Shown here: positions 50,887-62,142 of the stretch, in pieces | Numbering within the stretch: the stretch's first letter is position 1 | How the letters are laid out: each line of letters opens with the position of its first letter | Source of the DNA: Halocafeteria seosinensis | Taxonomy: Eukaryota | Assembly: GCA_001687465.1 (NCBI GenBank) | Contig: LVLI01000098.1 | Span: 62,001-126,000, forward strand | Reading direction: 5' to 3' | DNA: 64,000 nt | Notes under the pieces: generated by a model | Seen by the model: the letters and a program-made list of their open reading frames with translations, nothing else | Told to the model about the DNA's origin: nothing | Database searches by the model: none | Made by a program: the position numbers and the translations under genes

Positions 50887-53800
50887 TCAACGCTGGTTGT
50901 AGGGTTCATTTGCTTTGATATGTCTTTTTTTCCGCTGTATCGCCTTCTCTAGACCGGGTATGGTTCTTCGCTTTCCACGAATAGTGTATATATTGCCTCC
51001 GAGATCAATGAGCCGCCCCTCCAGTACCTCACGAACAGGAGCCTCGTCCATGAGGCCATTCTTGAATGCAGTCACTAATTGATTAGCCGAGTAGTTACTC
51101 GGGCTTAGTTGAGAACTCTGTAATGTACGAATGTGTCTTGTTCCACCTACCGGCTTCGGAGACGTCATCCGCTGATGAACCGCTGTGAATTTAGTGAGGG
51201 TGTGAGCTCGTCTGGCAGCAAGCGTCGTGAAGTACAATTCGGACAAAACCGTCTGGACGCTCGTTACGTCACACATTTTTAGCGTTTGTAAGTCTGGCCC
51301 GCGAAGAAGCACAATATTGCACTCATCTACATTTTCGAGGTCTGGCTGAAGCTTACTTATTGTCTCCGGCCTCATAACGAAACCCATGGATTCTTCCTCA
51401 AAATGTGCAGACACCACGTCCTTAGGTAGCAACCTCTTGGAGGCAACTACGAATATCTTATTAACCCCTTTAGAAGCCTCACGGAGTCGTTCAGGTAAAG
51501 CCCTTTCAAACTCACTGAAAAGTTGATCCAACGTTAGGTCCTCTTTAAGCAGTTTCACCTGGTACGCCCAAAGGTTCGGCGCCAAGTAGAAAGTGAAATC
51601 AGCACCTATAGACCCATCGCCCGGTGCCAGCACCACGTTAGTGTGCTCCTTAATTACTCCCCAAATACGATCCCAATAACCCACATGCAGACGAGGAATA
51701 GATTCGCCGGGAGTTAGGAAAGGGGAAGGTGATAAAAGGCGCAAGGCCTCATTGAGACTCTGCTGATTCCCCTCTTTCTCAATGACAAATTGCGGCAGTC
51801 GCATCACACGGACACCCCAAGGAGAATACATTAAATATTGACCTGTTTTCCGTCTTATAGAGAGAGGAATCGGCAATACCGAAGCTGCATGTCTGCTTTC
51901 ATCAGGAAAACTTTCGCCTACTAGCCTCAAATGCATCAGTTGAAACAGCGCTCGTTCGAAATCGCTCCCCTCCCCCGACTGGGCCGTAGATGATGTTTCA
52001 GTTTGAGGGTCCCACAATTGCAACAAAGAGTCCATATTATCATCAAAATCATTTCCAACAGTAATCGGAGAGTCTCCCAGTGACATAAGACACTTGATGA
52101 CAAAACGTGCTCTCTCCTTGTACACTTGCCTCTCTACCTCCGTTTTCTGGGTCAAAGGAGTTAAGTGGCCCTCTGCTTCATTCCATAATTTGGAGGCCAA
52201 AAGAGGGGGAAATTTTAAAGTAAGCATGTACGGTTGCGAGTCATTATAGTCAACGTAAAAATTGAAATATTGGCACCAATCGATAAAAGGATGAAAACCG
52301 CGTCCAACAATGCTATCAGCCCTAGCCGGTTCAGGAGCGAACCGGCCGTCATCACTCAGTAAACAACCGGGGGTTTTGCGTATCCCCAACAACCAAACCA
52401 TCGCAGTCGCCACAAAACTCTCGGGTTGGCCCTGGAGACTCTTCGCTATTCCCGCAACGTAAGTCCCGAGACGATTACTCGAGCCGATATGCTCGAGAGG
52501 GGGATTAATATTCGCAAGGGACCTGTAACGGAACGCCTCACTGATTTTAACTAAAGCCCATGATGCGAAGCGGGGAACACCAGCGGTCATAGTGTGAATA
52601 GCTGCAGCGGCCTTCTCTTGAAAAGCATACGGAATTCGTCCTTCCTTCCGAATGATTTCGCGAATATGAGTTTTATTCAAGGTGTTCAAATACACATGTC
52701 TTAACCCAGAATTGTCTGGGGTTGGGGTCGCCACAGAAATGGACCGGGAATATCCACCTTCGGACACCCTATGGAGATCGGGAAGTTTCCCTATGATCGA
52801 AGGGAGAAAACCCGCAGGCTGGGAAAGTGCAACAGTCTGGGAAAGTGCAATAGCACAATGCCACCATATGTAAATAACTCCTGGATTCACATAGCCACCC
52901 GAGGGGTGCTTCGTCCCAGCTACGCTATCGAATTCATCAAACACGAGGAACGCTCTGAAAGCCTCGAGCTTATTCTCTACCACCCTTGAGAACTCAAATC
53001 CAATTATATGACCACAGAGCTTCATGATTCTCTTATCATGCTCGTACTCTTCGCCACTAGCGACACCATACTGGAAGTGCTCGTACTCTTCGCCACTAGC
53101 GACATCATACTGGAAGTCTAACAGTCCCTGCATCTCCAGAACGTCGAGAGTAGTCTTCCGGAAATCGGCCTTTTCCTGTTCGTTCAGCAAATTCCGAAAT
53201 TGAACGTTTGGTGGCGTTACCTCCTCACCGCTTTTGACATAGGGTACTCGTGAACTTGACATCGATTCTACTAAACCGATCACTATGCTCTCGGCTGTGC
53301 CCAAAGAAACAAAAAAGAAAAACACATGAGCAATTCTATTCGAGCGTATCAGAAAATGCTCCGTCCCATACCTGGACGTAAATCCTCCCGATCGTCTAGC
53401 TTCGACAAATCATAGTAGCAGTGGATGAATGGAAGGATCTGTCCACCTCTATTCTGTGGAGGAGAGTGGCACAAATACGCTGCAATCCCGTGAGTGAAGA
53501 GTTGGGTTTTCCCGGTACCCCAGCTTAGAGCAGCCACTGGAAACTCGTAGAACCTGTCCGTCACCATTGCATCCGCCTTCTGAATCATTCGCTTAAGAGA
53601 CACCAGCTGCTCCTCTCGGTTCTGGAAGGAAGCATCAATATACGGGGGAATTTGGGTGCCACCGGACAGGCTAACCGTAGAATTCTTCCAATTTGCTGCA
53701 TGTTTGCACAGACGGTTGTACAACGTAACCTACATACATCCACACAATCATACTTACCGAACGATGAAGATGTGGTCAAAGGACGAGCCTTTGTACCTGC

Positions 53801-54636
53801 GCAAAGAAAAAGAGTTAAACACATACTGCATCAATAAATGCTCCTATGGTTGAAATTTTGTTAAGCTAAACGTTGAGAACACAAGGCTGCAGCATGTCCT
53901 GTGTCCTTACCCGTACTGGATTCCAAAGGCATATACTTTTGGCTTTCTGCAAACGCAAGTGCTCCTACATAGTTTCCCATGTCAGCATTCTGGAGCATTG
54001 CTCTGAAAAACGACTGTGTGTTTGCTTCTGCGCTGAATGGCGCTACTCCGAAGGCAAGATTCCGCTCCTTAATTTCCTGCAAACAAGCCTCTTTCTTGTC
54101 TTTAGGGAGTTGTCCTTGTCGCTCTACCCATTCGAGTAGTGCCTCGTGACCTGTGGTACACGTTGAATAAACGAAACCATTACAAAGTACAGTATGAACA
54201 TGAAGTAGCTCGGTCACTTACGCTTGTCTTCCGCAGTTGAAGAAGTGAGATTGTCCACTGACTCCTTTTCGTGTCCCTCATTCGCCAAGTCGGCTTTTGA
54301 AGTGAACGACACCACACACACGTCCAATAAAAGATGGGGACTATGTACGAGTGATCGAAACCAGTACGACGCATCGCACACCGGGCGCAACGGTGTTGTC
54401 AGGCTCTGAGTGGCTATCATTCTTGTCCCTAGCATGGGGTTCCCCACTGAGGACAACCCAAAGAAGTCTGGTGTCCCTGCACTCCGGAGACCATTACCCC
54501 TCACTCCACCGAAACAAGGTTGGCCACGGAAAATGCTCCGTCCAGGATTGGTAGAAGCAAGCCCTCGGAATTTGGAGTTACTGGAAAATGCAGTGCTATA
54601 TAGCCGCTGCGCCAGGTTACAGCTTCGACCCAGCAT
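50887..54636 (-). CDS. Crinkler-type P-loop NTPase + PD-(D/E)xK nuclease protein with mitochondrial-presequence-like N-terminus and SAM-like header (at least 5 exons)
   Basis: ORFs 54214-54636, 53861-54217, part of 53585-53824, 53349-53723 and 50887-53325 splice in frame via four phase-1 GT-AG introns. Motifs: FQNREEQL, Walker A SWGTGKT, Walker B FLVFDEFD, TAGVPR, GSDFE, and GADF...YQVK...SEFER. Confidence 0.75.
53039..53116. repeat. In-frame 39-bp tandem duplication (1 mismatch)
   Basis: tgctcgtactcttcgccactagcgaca(c/t)catactggaag occurs twice and encodes FQYDVASGEEYEH/FQYGVASGEEYEH. Confidence 0.95.
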
Positions 54637-55409
54637 GATGGATGACCTGTCTTGCTACTGCTTTATTATTTTCCCCCTTTTATTCAATATCAGTGTAGAG
54701 GTGACGTGTGGCTCTCTCGTGCAACAACAAAACCATCAACGTAACTATAAGCATACAAAGTAGAAAGTATTCGCCAAGGGAGGTGGACAACCGGGCACAG
54801 AAATTCGCTAGTGGATGATAACGGTTTATCGTTCGCATGTGAGTAAATCTGCCAAAATGTGGAAGTTTTCCACCCTATCAACTAAAGGAAAAGCAAGTTC
54901 ATGAATGAAGAGGAAAGTGGACTAGAAGCCTACAGTATCTCCCTCATGAGGTTGAGAATTCTGGCAAAAAGCAGCGCATACATTGTTCCCAACAGAACTC
55001 TACTCGTTTAGAGCCCTTTTTCACCAAGGAGTTTGAAACGTTTGAGGATCGAGATACTGAGGCCCCCGATGAGGAAGTCCCTCCTCTACGTCTTGATCCA
55101 AGCAACACTGAAGAACCATTAGAACAACAGAGTGGGTGTCTTGGCTGAAAGTTTGGAAGAAGCACGGCTATACATGTACAGTTTTCCAGTTCTAATCCTT
55201 GTGGTAAAGTGTTTGCTGGCTATACCAGCATCTACAGCCAATGCCGAAAGCTCCTGCGGTATTGCTGGCATTAGTCATGGGAAGCGAAGGACTCTTCTGA
55301 GCAGTGAACGGGTTGAAAGTATAATGGTCGTCAGATATAACCGCATTGGCACGTTGCTGGACGGAAAGGATAGAATAGAAGATGAGTAGTTACTCATTGA
55401 GTACCAGTA

Positions 55410-55730
55410 GTAGTGTGTATTTATGGCCTACCGCCTATGTGGAAATGTAGTTGGGATCTTCACGCCGTGGAGGATCTCCCCAGGGCTGCCAACCCCTGCG
55501 CTCACCAACACTGTGAGTCCTGTATGAGGTTCTTCACACGTATCCTCTCAGAGCGTCTTGGGCCTGGCTCCTCGGCCTTGTTCTTCTGCGATTGCCTCGT
55601 CAGTCTATCCCGTTCCTGGTGTTGTTGCTTATGCTCTGCTCCTAAAGTCCTGCATGTGCTTCTCGAATACAGCCGTAGATCATCCTCGTAGTGTGTATTA
55701 TTTATGGCCTAACGACTATGTGGAAATGTA
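55410..55730 (-). repeat. Pair of ~40-bp direct repeats, probable 3' termini of retroelement fragments
   Basis: gtagtgtgtatttatggcctaccgcctatgtggaaatgta at 55410-55449 and gtagtgtgtattatttatggcctaacgactatgtggaaatgta at 55688-55730. Confidence 0.8.
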
Positions 55731-56134
55731 TCATCGGCCGCGTGCCAATTGAATTCTTCGCTGCTCAGGTTCTACATGGCACAAATGGTTCTCCTCATCG
55801 AAGTGGACAATTCTCTTGGCCTTCCTGCTCCTATACTCCTTGCATGTATTGGTTTGAATCCTTCAGCCCCAAAGTCCAAACGTAGAGGGCCAGAGGTGAT
55901 CTACTCTTCCTTAAGGCAGTACCTTTCGTATCGTCGGTGGCAGGCGAGCAGGAAACAGAGACGCGGATCAGTTGGCCAACGACGCCTCCTTTAGAACATA
56001 CACACCGAATACCTGATGAGCCGGTGGTTGAGTGAGGAGGGACTGTCCGCTCCCAATGTGAGGGTGTGTATTGGTATTGCTCCTACCGGAAGACGTGTCT
56101 GCTATAGCCTACAGGCTACGCAACGTTGTGTGAC

Positions 56135-56800
56135 TCACTGAGTGTGAGGGGTGAACCCTACCCGGAACCGGTCTAGCATCTTCACATTGGGGCGCATCAA
56201 CGTGACTAACAGTTTGGCCGTCATCAGCTTGCGGAAGTTCCGCATCTCCCATCGTGGGCGCAGGCATGGCTCCTCCTCCGATGCCCCCTGAGCAAAACCA
56301 GTGTTGTGTTCCCTCACGGCGCATGTCAGCAAGGCTGCAGGAACAGCGGGCCCGTCGCTGCTTAACACGGGCGCATACCGCTCCTCGTTAAGAGGTTGCG
56401 GTCAATTCCCCGGCCGGTGGGCTATCTGTCACATTTGTGTGTGTGTCTCCCTTGTTCCCCAGCGGGAGCGCCGTGCTTTCCTGGCAATTCTCTTGAGGAA
56501 CTTGCTTGCGTCTTCCCCGAACCCGCCCGTCACCTCTATCGCGGACGGGATAATTTCCGTGTTGTGGTCCCTCAGATGCCCGTATTTTGTCCGCTTCTGC
56601 CGCGATGGTGAGGGGAACCGTGTACTGGCTTGTCTAGTCTGTCTCCCATGTATGTGTGTGTGCTGTCTCCCGTGAGCGGGTTTGGCACTGTCACATCGAC
56701 GTACAGTGTGCTCGTTGGGCCCTTTGCTACCAGGTCCATTACTGGCGTCGCCTTTCCTTGAGGGAGTACTTCCGGTGAGGAGGATTCCCCGATGAGTACA
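56135..56800 (-). mobile_element. Decayed, 5'-truncated non-LTR retrotransposon fragment (restriction-like endonuclease domain, CRE-like)
   Basis: Minus-strand translation gives MDLVAKGPTSTLYVDVTVPNP; after a frameshift KRTKY..IIPSAIEVTGGFGEDASKFLKRIARK; after two in-frame stops KLLVTLMRPNVKML. This matches the RLE pattern (P)DL..DVTV..K..KY..P.a.E..GG.G..A..FL..L.vxLxRxNaxML. Confidence 0.78.
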
Positions 56801-57109
56801 GTACATCACTCCAGCAAATCTGCAAGGCTTGTCAGGGGCCTTTCCCCCGATTGAAATACACTTGGGCATCTGTATGCGCCCACCACTGTACACAAGTCCT
56901 CACAGGAATTTGAATTTGTTAACCCGTTGACCGAACCCGTGACCCGAGTTTCTGCCCACGTTCGAGTAACTACTGTAAAACGTAGTTTCAACTTCACAAC
57001 CACCCAAACGATTTTTTAAGTCGACTATTTTTCCCTATGTGTTGTGTTACAACCATCAGAGGAGACTTTGCCTTGGTATCGACAGCTTGATGGGTTGACC
57101 TAGCCTAGC

Positions 57110-59346
57110 ATGCAGCCTGCACGGCGAGCAACGATTCGCTCCGGAGGGAGCTTGAAGCAGCAAATGAGTGCTGCTTCAGTTATTCCCTCTATAATGCCAT
57201 TTACACCGCATACCGTCGTGTTTTCTCCAGCAGGACTCCTTGAGGGATCGGTGCAGCATGTCAGCGTACGGTGGGAGAGCTCATTCTCGGGCAATTCGGA
57301 GAGAAACCAGCAAGAATTCACAGCGGAAGCAGCCTCACAACACCAGTATTCCTTCACCGAGGATGAAGCGGAAGCGCAAGACGGTGATTCTTCTGCTCAG
57401 GACAAGGTTCCCAGAGAAGTAGAAAATCTCCATGCGACGGACGGGACGCTCATCGAAAATAACAAGCAGGAAGTCAAAGATCCGTACTTGATCTTTGACC
57501 TGGCATGGAGAAATTTGGAGAAACAGTACGGCCTGGAGAATATGGTCTTCCCTAAAGAAGTAATTTGGTTGTCGGGTGCTCCCGGAGCTGGCAAAGGAAC
57601 TATTTCGTCGTTCGTCATGAAAGAGCGTGACCTCACGGCTGGGCCAATTGAAACTAGTGCTCTGCTAACTGGGTACGGTAGACATACCTTTACTGTATCC
57701 ATCACTATTCGGGGCTTTGCACGAAATTATTATTTCTCTCATACAAATGCAGACCTAAATTCCAGCAGCTCAAAGATGAGGGAAAACTGATCGGAGACAA
57801 AGATGTTGTAGAAGCCGTCATGGAAGCTCTTCTACAACCAGAGTATAGTCAGGGTGTCATTGTCGATGGATACCCTCGGACAATGGTGCAGGCGCAATGC
57901 ATTCAGCTATTGTATGATAAATTGAGAGCCGTCCGGTACGAATACAAGGATCATCCAAAGTTGAGAAAGCTATTCAAGTGAGTACCGAAGCTGATGCGTT
58001 TATTGGGGTTCGCCTAAGAAATCATTGCATCGGGGCCTCGATCTAAACACGCAGGCGTCCTATTTTTCATATCACTGTATTATATGTCGACGAAGAAGAA
58101 AGCGTCCGTCGACAGCTAAAGAGAGGAACGGATGTAAGAGGAGCCGGATTGCCTATAGTTTGTTTCGCACTTGACTAACCATGCTTGATACAGTTAGAAC
58201 GACACAATCGCCGTGTACAAGAAACAGGTGTCGGGAAAGAGAAGCAAATGCGAGCTACGGATATTTCAGAAGATTTGGCCAGGTAGGTTCCAGTCTTCCC
58301 GGGGTGTGTGTACTTTGGTAACATTCAACTTTACCACGAGACGATGCTCTCTGAACACAGGGAGAGGTATAGGATTTTCAAGGAACAGGTGTATGCTGCC
58401 TTAAATAGTATCAAGGACCATTTTCACTTCCATTTCATTCCTGCCGATGGGTCGTTAGAAGAAGTAAGCTGCAGGTTGTGCAGTCTTAGTGGCTTTTTTC
58501 ATGGTCTCAGTGGTTTCCCTTTGTTGTTCCTCATCAGGTGCAAGAGCATGTCAGACGAGAGTTCATCTATCAGTCTAGCATGGAACTTGCCGATGAAACA
58601 TTTGATTTGGTAAGTTTGCTTGTTAGATGCTGAATGCCCAATGACGTAGCGATACCTCCCATATGTGTGACAGGTGCGGTCAATAACTCCTGCGAAGAAT
58701 ATCATTAAGCATGCCCGTCAAAACATGGTGCAAAGGTTAAACGTTCGTATGAGCCGAGCTTGATGCTTTCTGTAGAGAATCATCCTAACTTGTTGGTGCA
58801 CTACCTCTCCAGACCTACGCAAACGACCATAGGGAGCTGTTCGAGAATGTTTTGCAACTCATTCGAGATGACTTCATCCACATCCTTCAGCGACAAGCTC
58901 TCGCAGGTACGGCACCCGTTGGATTCCGGATAGCAGCTGGGTCTTTGCACCAAGTCCTTGTTTGCAGGTAGAGCTATAATTCGAAGCAACTCTCCATTAC
59001 TCGAGTCTAAAATGGCAATAAATATGGTTCTTGATGTGCTTGGAGAGAGAGGGTACGTTCGACATCATCTTTGGCTCTTGGGGGTAACAAGGGGAAAGCA
59101 GAAGCCTATTGTTTTGCAGGTATCATGTTGCACTGGATGTCACCAAAGAGCGCATACCCGACAGGGTTGATGTGCAAGTTCCAGGTATGATGCCTTGAAG
59201 AGGTTTACTGGGGGTATATGTCGTTACATTGTGATGTCTATTTCCTTGTAGCAGGAGAAACGGGGCAAAAAATACATAATAGGACTGTTAGAACGTTCAT
59301 CTTCCACGTGGAATTTCCACGTCCTGCAATTCGACGCGAAGAATAA
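57110..59346 (+). CDS. Adenylate/nucleoside monophosphate kinase-like protein with C-terminal extension
   Basis: FPKEVIWLSGAPGAGKGT P-loop, VIVDGYPRT and LYVDEEESVRRQLKRG motifs. About ten short introns. Confidence 0.85.
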
Positions 59347-59482
59347 CGTACAGGCAGATGGGCCTCTACATCTACTACCTGATCTTGCAGGGTGATAAGT
59401 GTGACGATAATGCCCCGCCTACTTCCCCAATCTCTTGTGTGCTAATGAAGAACCCTTGCATGCTTTGATTCATACTATTTGG

Positions 59483-61464
59483 TTAATTCACCGCGGAGTG
59501 CATGTTCGGATTCAAGTACTTTTTCAGCTCCTCTATTCCTTGAACAATCCTTGGGGAGACCTCTAGCATAAATTCGTCTTGCTTTCGTTTTTGTTCGGTT
59601 TTATCCGTCAGATTGCTAAATTCAAATGCTCCTCTAGGGTGGTCAACATAGAATTTCCCAATATCTGCATACTTCCCAGGAAGGGCACAATCGCTGCCCT
59701 CTGGTAGCTCTAAATTCTTGTCTACACTTTTCAGTGCGTATCCCCCGTCAAAGTCAACATATGCCATCCTCATTACTAGTTTGTCTGGTACACAGCCGAA
59801 CGCCGAACCCGGCAGCATGGCAACGCTTGCTTTATCCAAAATGTCACTGGCTAGCCATTCCGAAGACATCTCGTTCCGATCCCTACCCGTGCTTCTTGCA
59901 AATCTCTCGCGAGCTTCTTCCGTACCAGGGCACTTTGAAAGGTCAACAAATACATAGAACCCACCTCGTGGGTCCCGCACTTGCGCATTGCACTGACGTA
60001 AACTGCAGGTTACGTATGAGGATACCAGCGACAATACATGGTTGCTCGCGTTGACGTATCTCATGATGTACTCAGAATTCTTGGCGTCGTCGAACGCTTC
60101 GATTGCAGCAAGCTGGACTGGTGCGCAAACTGCAGAATACTGCAATGAGGCAAGAAGAAACAAGTAAAGTTCGGTACTGGATTTACCTCGTGTACCATGG
60201 AACTAGCTTACCGTTTCAGAAGCTGCGGCCAACATTGTCGAGCGAAGCCAATCGAGCTGACGGGGGAATACAAAAGCTCCGAGGCGCCAACCACCAGCCC
60301 CTGCCCATTTGCTGATGCCATCGAGAATGATCGTCCCTTCCGGATAGAATTCTGCAATCGAGGCGTGCTCTCTCGTGAACGTAGCGTCGGTTGTTGCAGA
60401 AGGTCCCCCGTTCCCGTCGTCAGCTTGTCTGCGCCGGCATGTATCCTTCTCATCTTCGTCGGTATCGAATGTGTAGCGGCAGTATATCTCATCTGAGAGA
60501 ACATAAACCTGATGTCGACGGAAAACAGTTGCGAGTTTCTCCAACTCTTCGCGCGTGTACGTCGCCCCTGCATCCAGAATAGCACGGCATAGAAGCAAAC
60601 ATGTCTACTCTCTTGCTCGACGACATACCTGTAGGGTTGCTTGGATAGTTGAACACGCACAGCGTGGCGTAGTTCCGGCTGAATTGCGCGTGATTTTGGA
60701 GGGTCCTTTCCAAGGCTTCTGGATTGATTTTCCACCCTTCCTCCAAATGAGTATCAATCCACACAGTTCGCCGTCCTAGCATACGAGCCTGGGGTTCGTA
60801 GGTCACCCAAGAAGGTGCTGGCAACACCAGGTCGGCATCAAGCGTCATCTGAAGCAGGTACAAGAGCATTTTCGTCCCATCTCCAACCAATCTGCACATA
60901 TATGAGACAATTCATCATGAGAATAAAAGTTGCACGTCTCTTGGACTGTCAATCACCTACACATCTTCAGGGCCTCGAGTTTCAGTTCCACATCGCTTGG
61001 ACACATACGCCGCGATTCTCTCACGCAGTTTCGAATGCCCCGCTGTCGGTAAGTAATCCTTCGCTGTCGCGTTGCGTCGGAGTGCATCAACCATCGGCTG
61101 TGAACGCGAGCAGCAGTTAGTTGGACACGAACATCGAGTTGCACTTGGTACTGCTTCCTACCTTCATCACGGGAAAGGGGGATTGCCCCAATCCGAAACT
61201 AAACACTTTTGCGGACGAATTCCCACGCCGGATAGCCGCTACCTGTTCCGAAATCCTCAATGTCGGACTCTGTGAGACGTCCCTCAAGTTTGGGCTGATG
61301 GGATAGTGGCCGTCTTGCCTGGGAAAGCGGCCTCCACGACTCCCCACGCTCGAGCATCCATGAGCCTGTGCAGCTGAAGCCGCAGCAGCCTCAGACTTCC
61401 CCCGAGACGGCACTTCGGAAGGTGAGTCACAGGAATTATCTACCGTGGTGCTACTACTACTCAT
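59483..61464 (-). CDS. PLP-dependent aminotransferase class I/II (aspartate aminotransferase-like)
   Basis: SPTLRI, FGLGQSPFPV, PAPSWVTY, NYPSNPTG, LSDEIY, GISKWAGAGGWRLG (PLP lysine), GGFYVF and LPGSAFG motifs. About four introns. Confidence 0.93.
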
Positions 61465-62142
61465 GGTTGTTCTTCGTGTATCGACCAAGACAGGCAGCGC
61501 GGCGCAAGTGAGTGACAATGCCTGCAACTTGCTCCCACATACACCCGCCGCGAAAGTTAGGTTGAGCGTGTAACAGCGCTTCACAGAACGACAAAGCGCG
61601 GAGATCAACGCGTTTGTACGCAGTTGGTCAAATGTACCACCCAAGATCAAGCTAGAGAGTGTGCGCGTATTCGTTGGTAACTTGGTTGCTGCGAGACAGC
61701 AGTCACATACTGAACTGGTCGTACATTGTTCCAGCAATCCTGAAGCAAGGAAGTTTAGCTTCCGGATAGCAACAAAGTGAATTATGGTACAATAGTTGTC
61801 AGTTGTACAGCCTATCTAGGTACATCCCTCATGTAACGGCGATGTTGGCGTGTAAAGGTAATAGCTGGACGTACAATCATCCACTTCGCCACTGCTCAGA
61901 TCATATCATGGTCAAGACAACGAAGACAGCCACCAGCCTCTAGGGCTCGTTCCGGTATGGTAACACAACGCTGAAACTTAAGTGGGAGTGTGTCTCAGTG
62001 AGCTCTTCGACACACGACTATTCAATGAGCACAAAGATTCACGACTGCGGGTCCAATGAAGCGTACCAAGGGAGGAAGAACCTGCCAATTGCATATCATT
62101 CGTCGAGCTTTGTGGGTCAATGCATACTTGCTCCATTCTCGC

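Noticed and set aside
50660..50889. Selenocysteine readthrough with SECIS after the nuclease TGA
   Set aside because: An ATGA...AA...GA arrangement is present, but the stem does not pair.
54901..55148. Acidic reading frame (HEVENSGKKQRIH...EEPLEQQSGCLG*)
   Set aside because: No in-frame start and no recognisable domain; at most an unidentifiable gene remnant.
55410..55730. CRISPR-like repeat-spacer array
   Set aside because: Only two imperfect repeats ~240 bp apart, eukaryotic context and no cas genes.
56013..56095. Hammerhead ribozyme core (ctgatgag...)
   Set aside because: No correctly placed GAAA or stem III.
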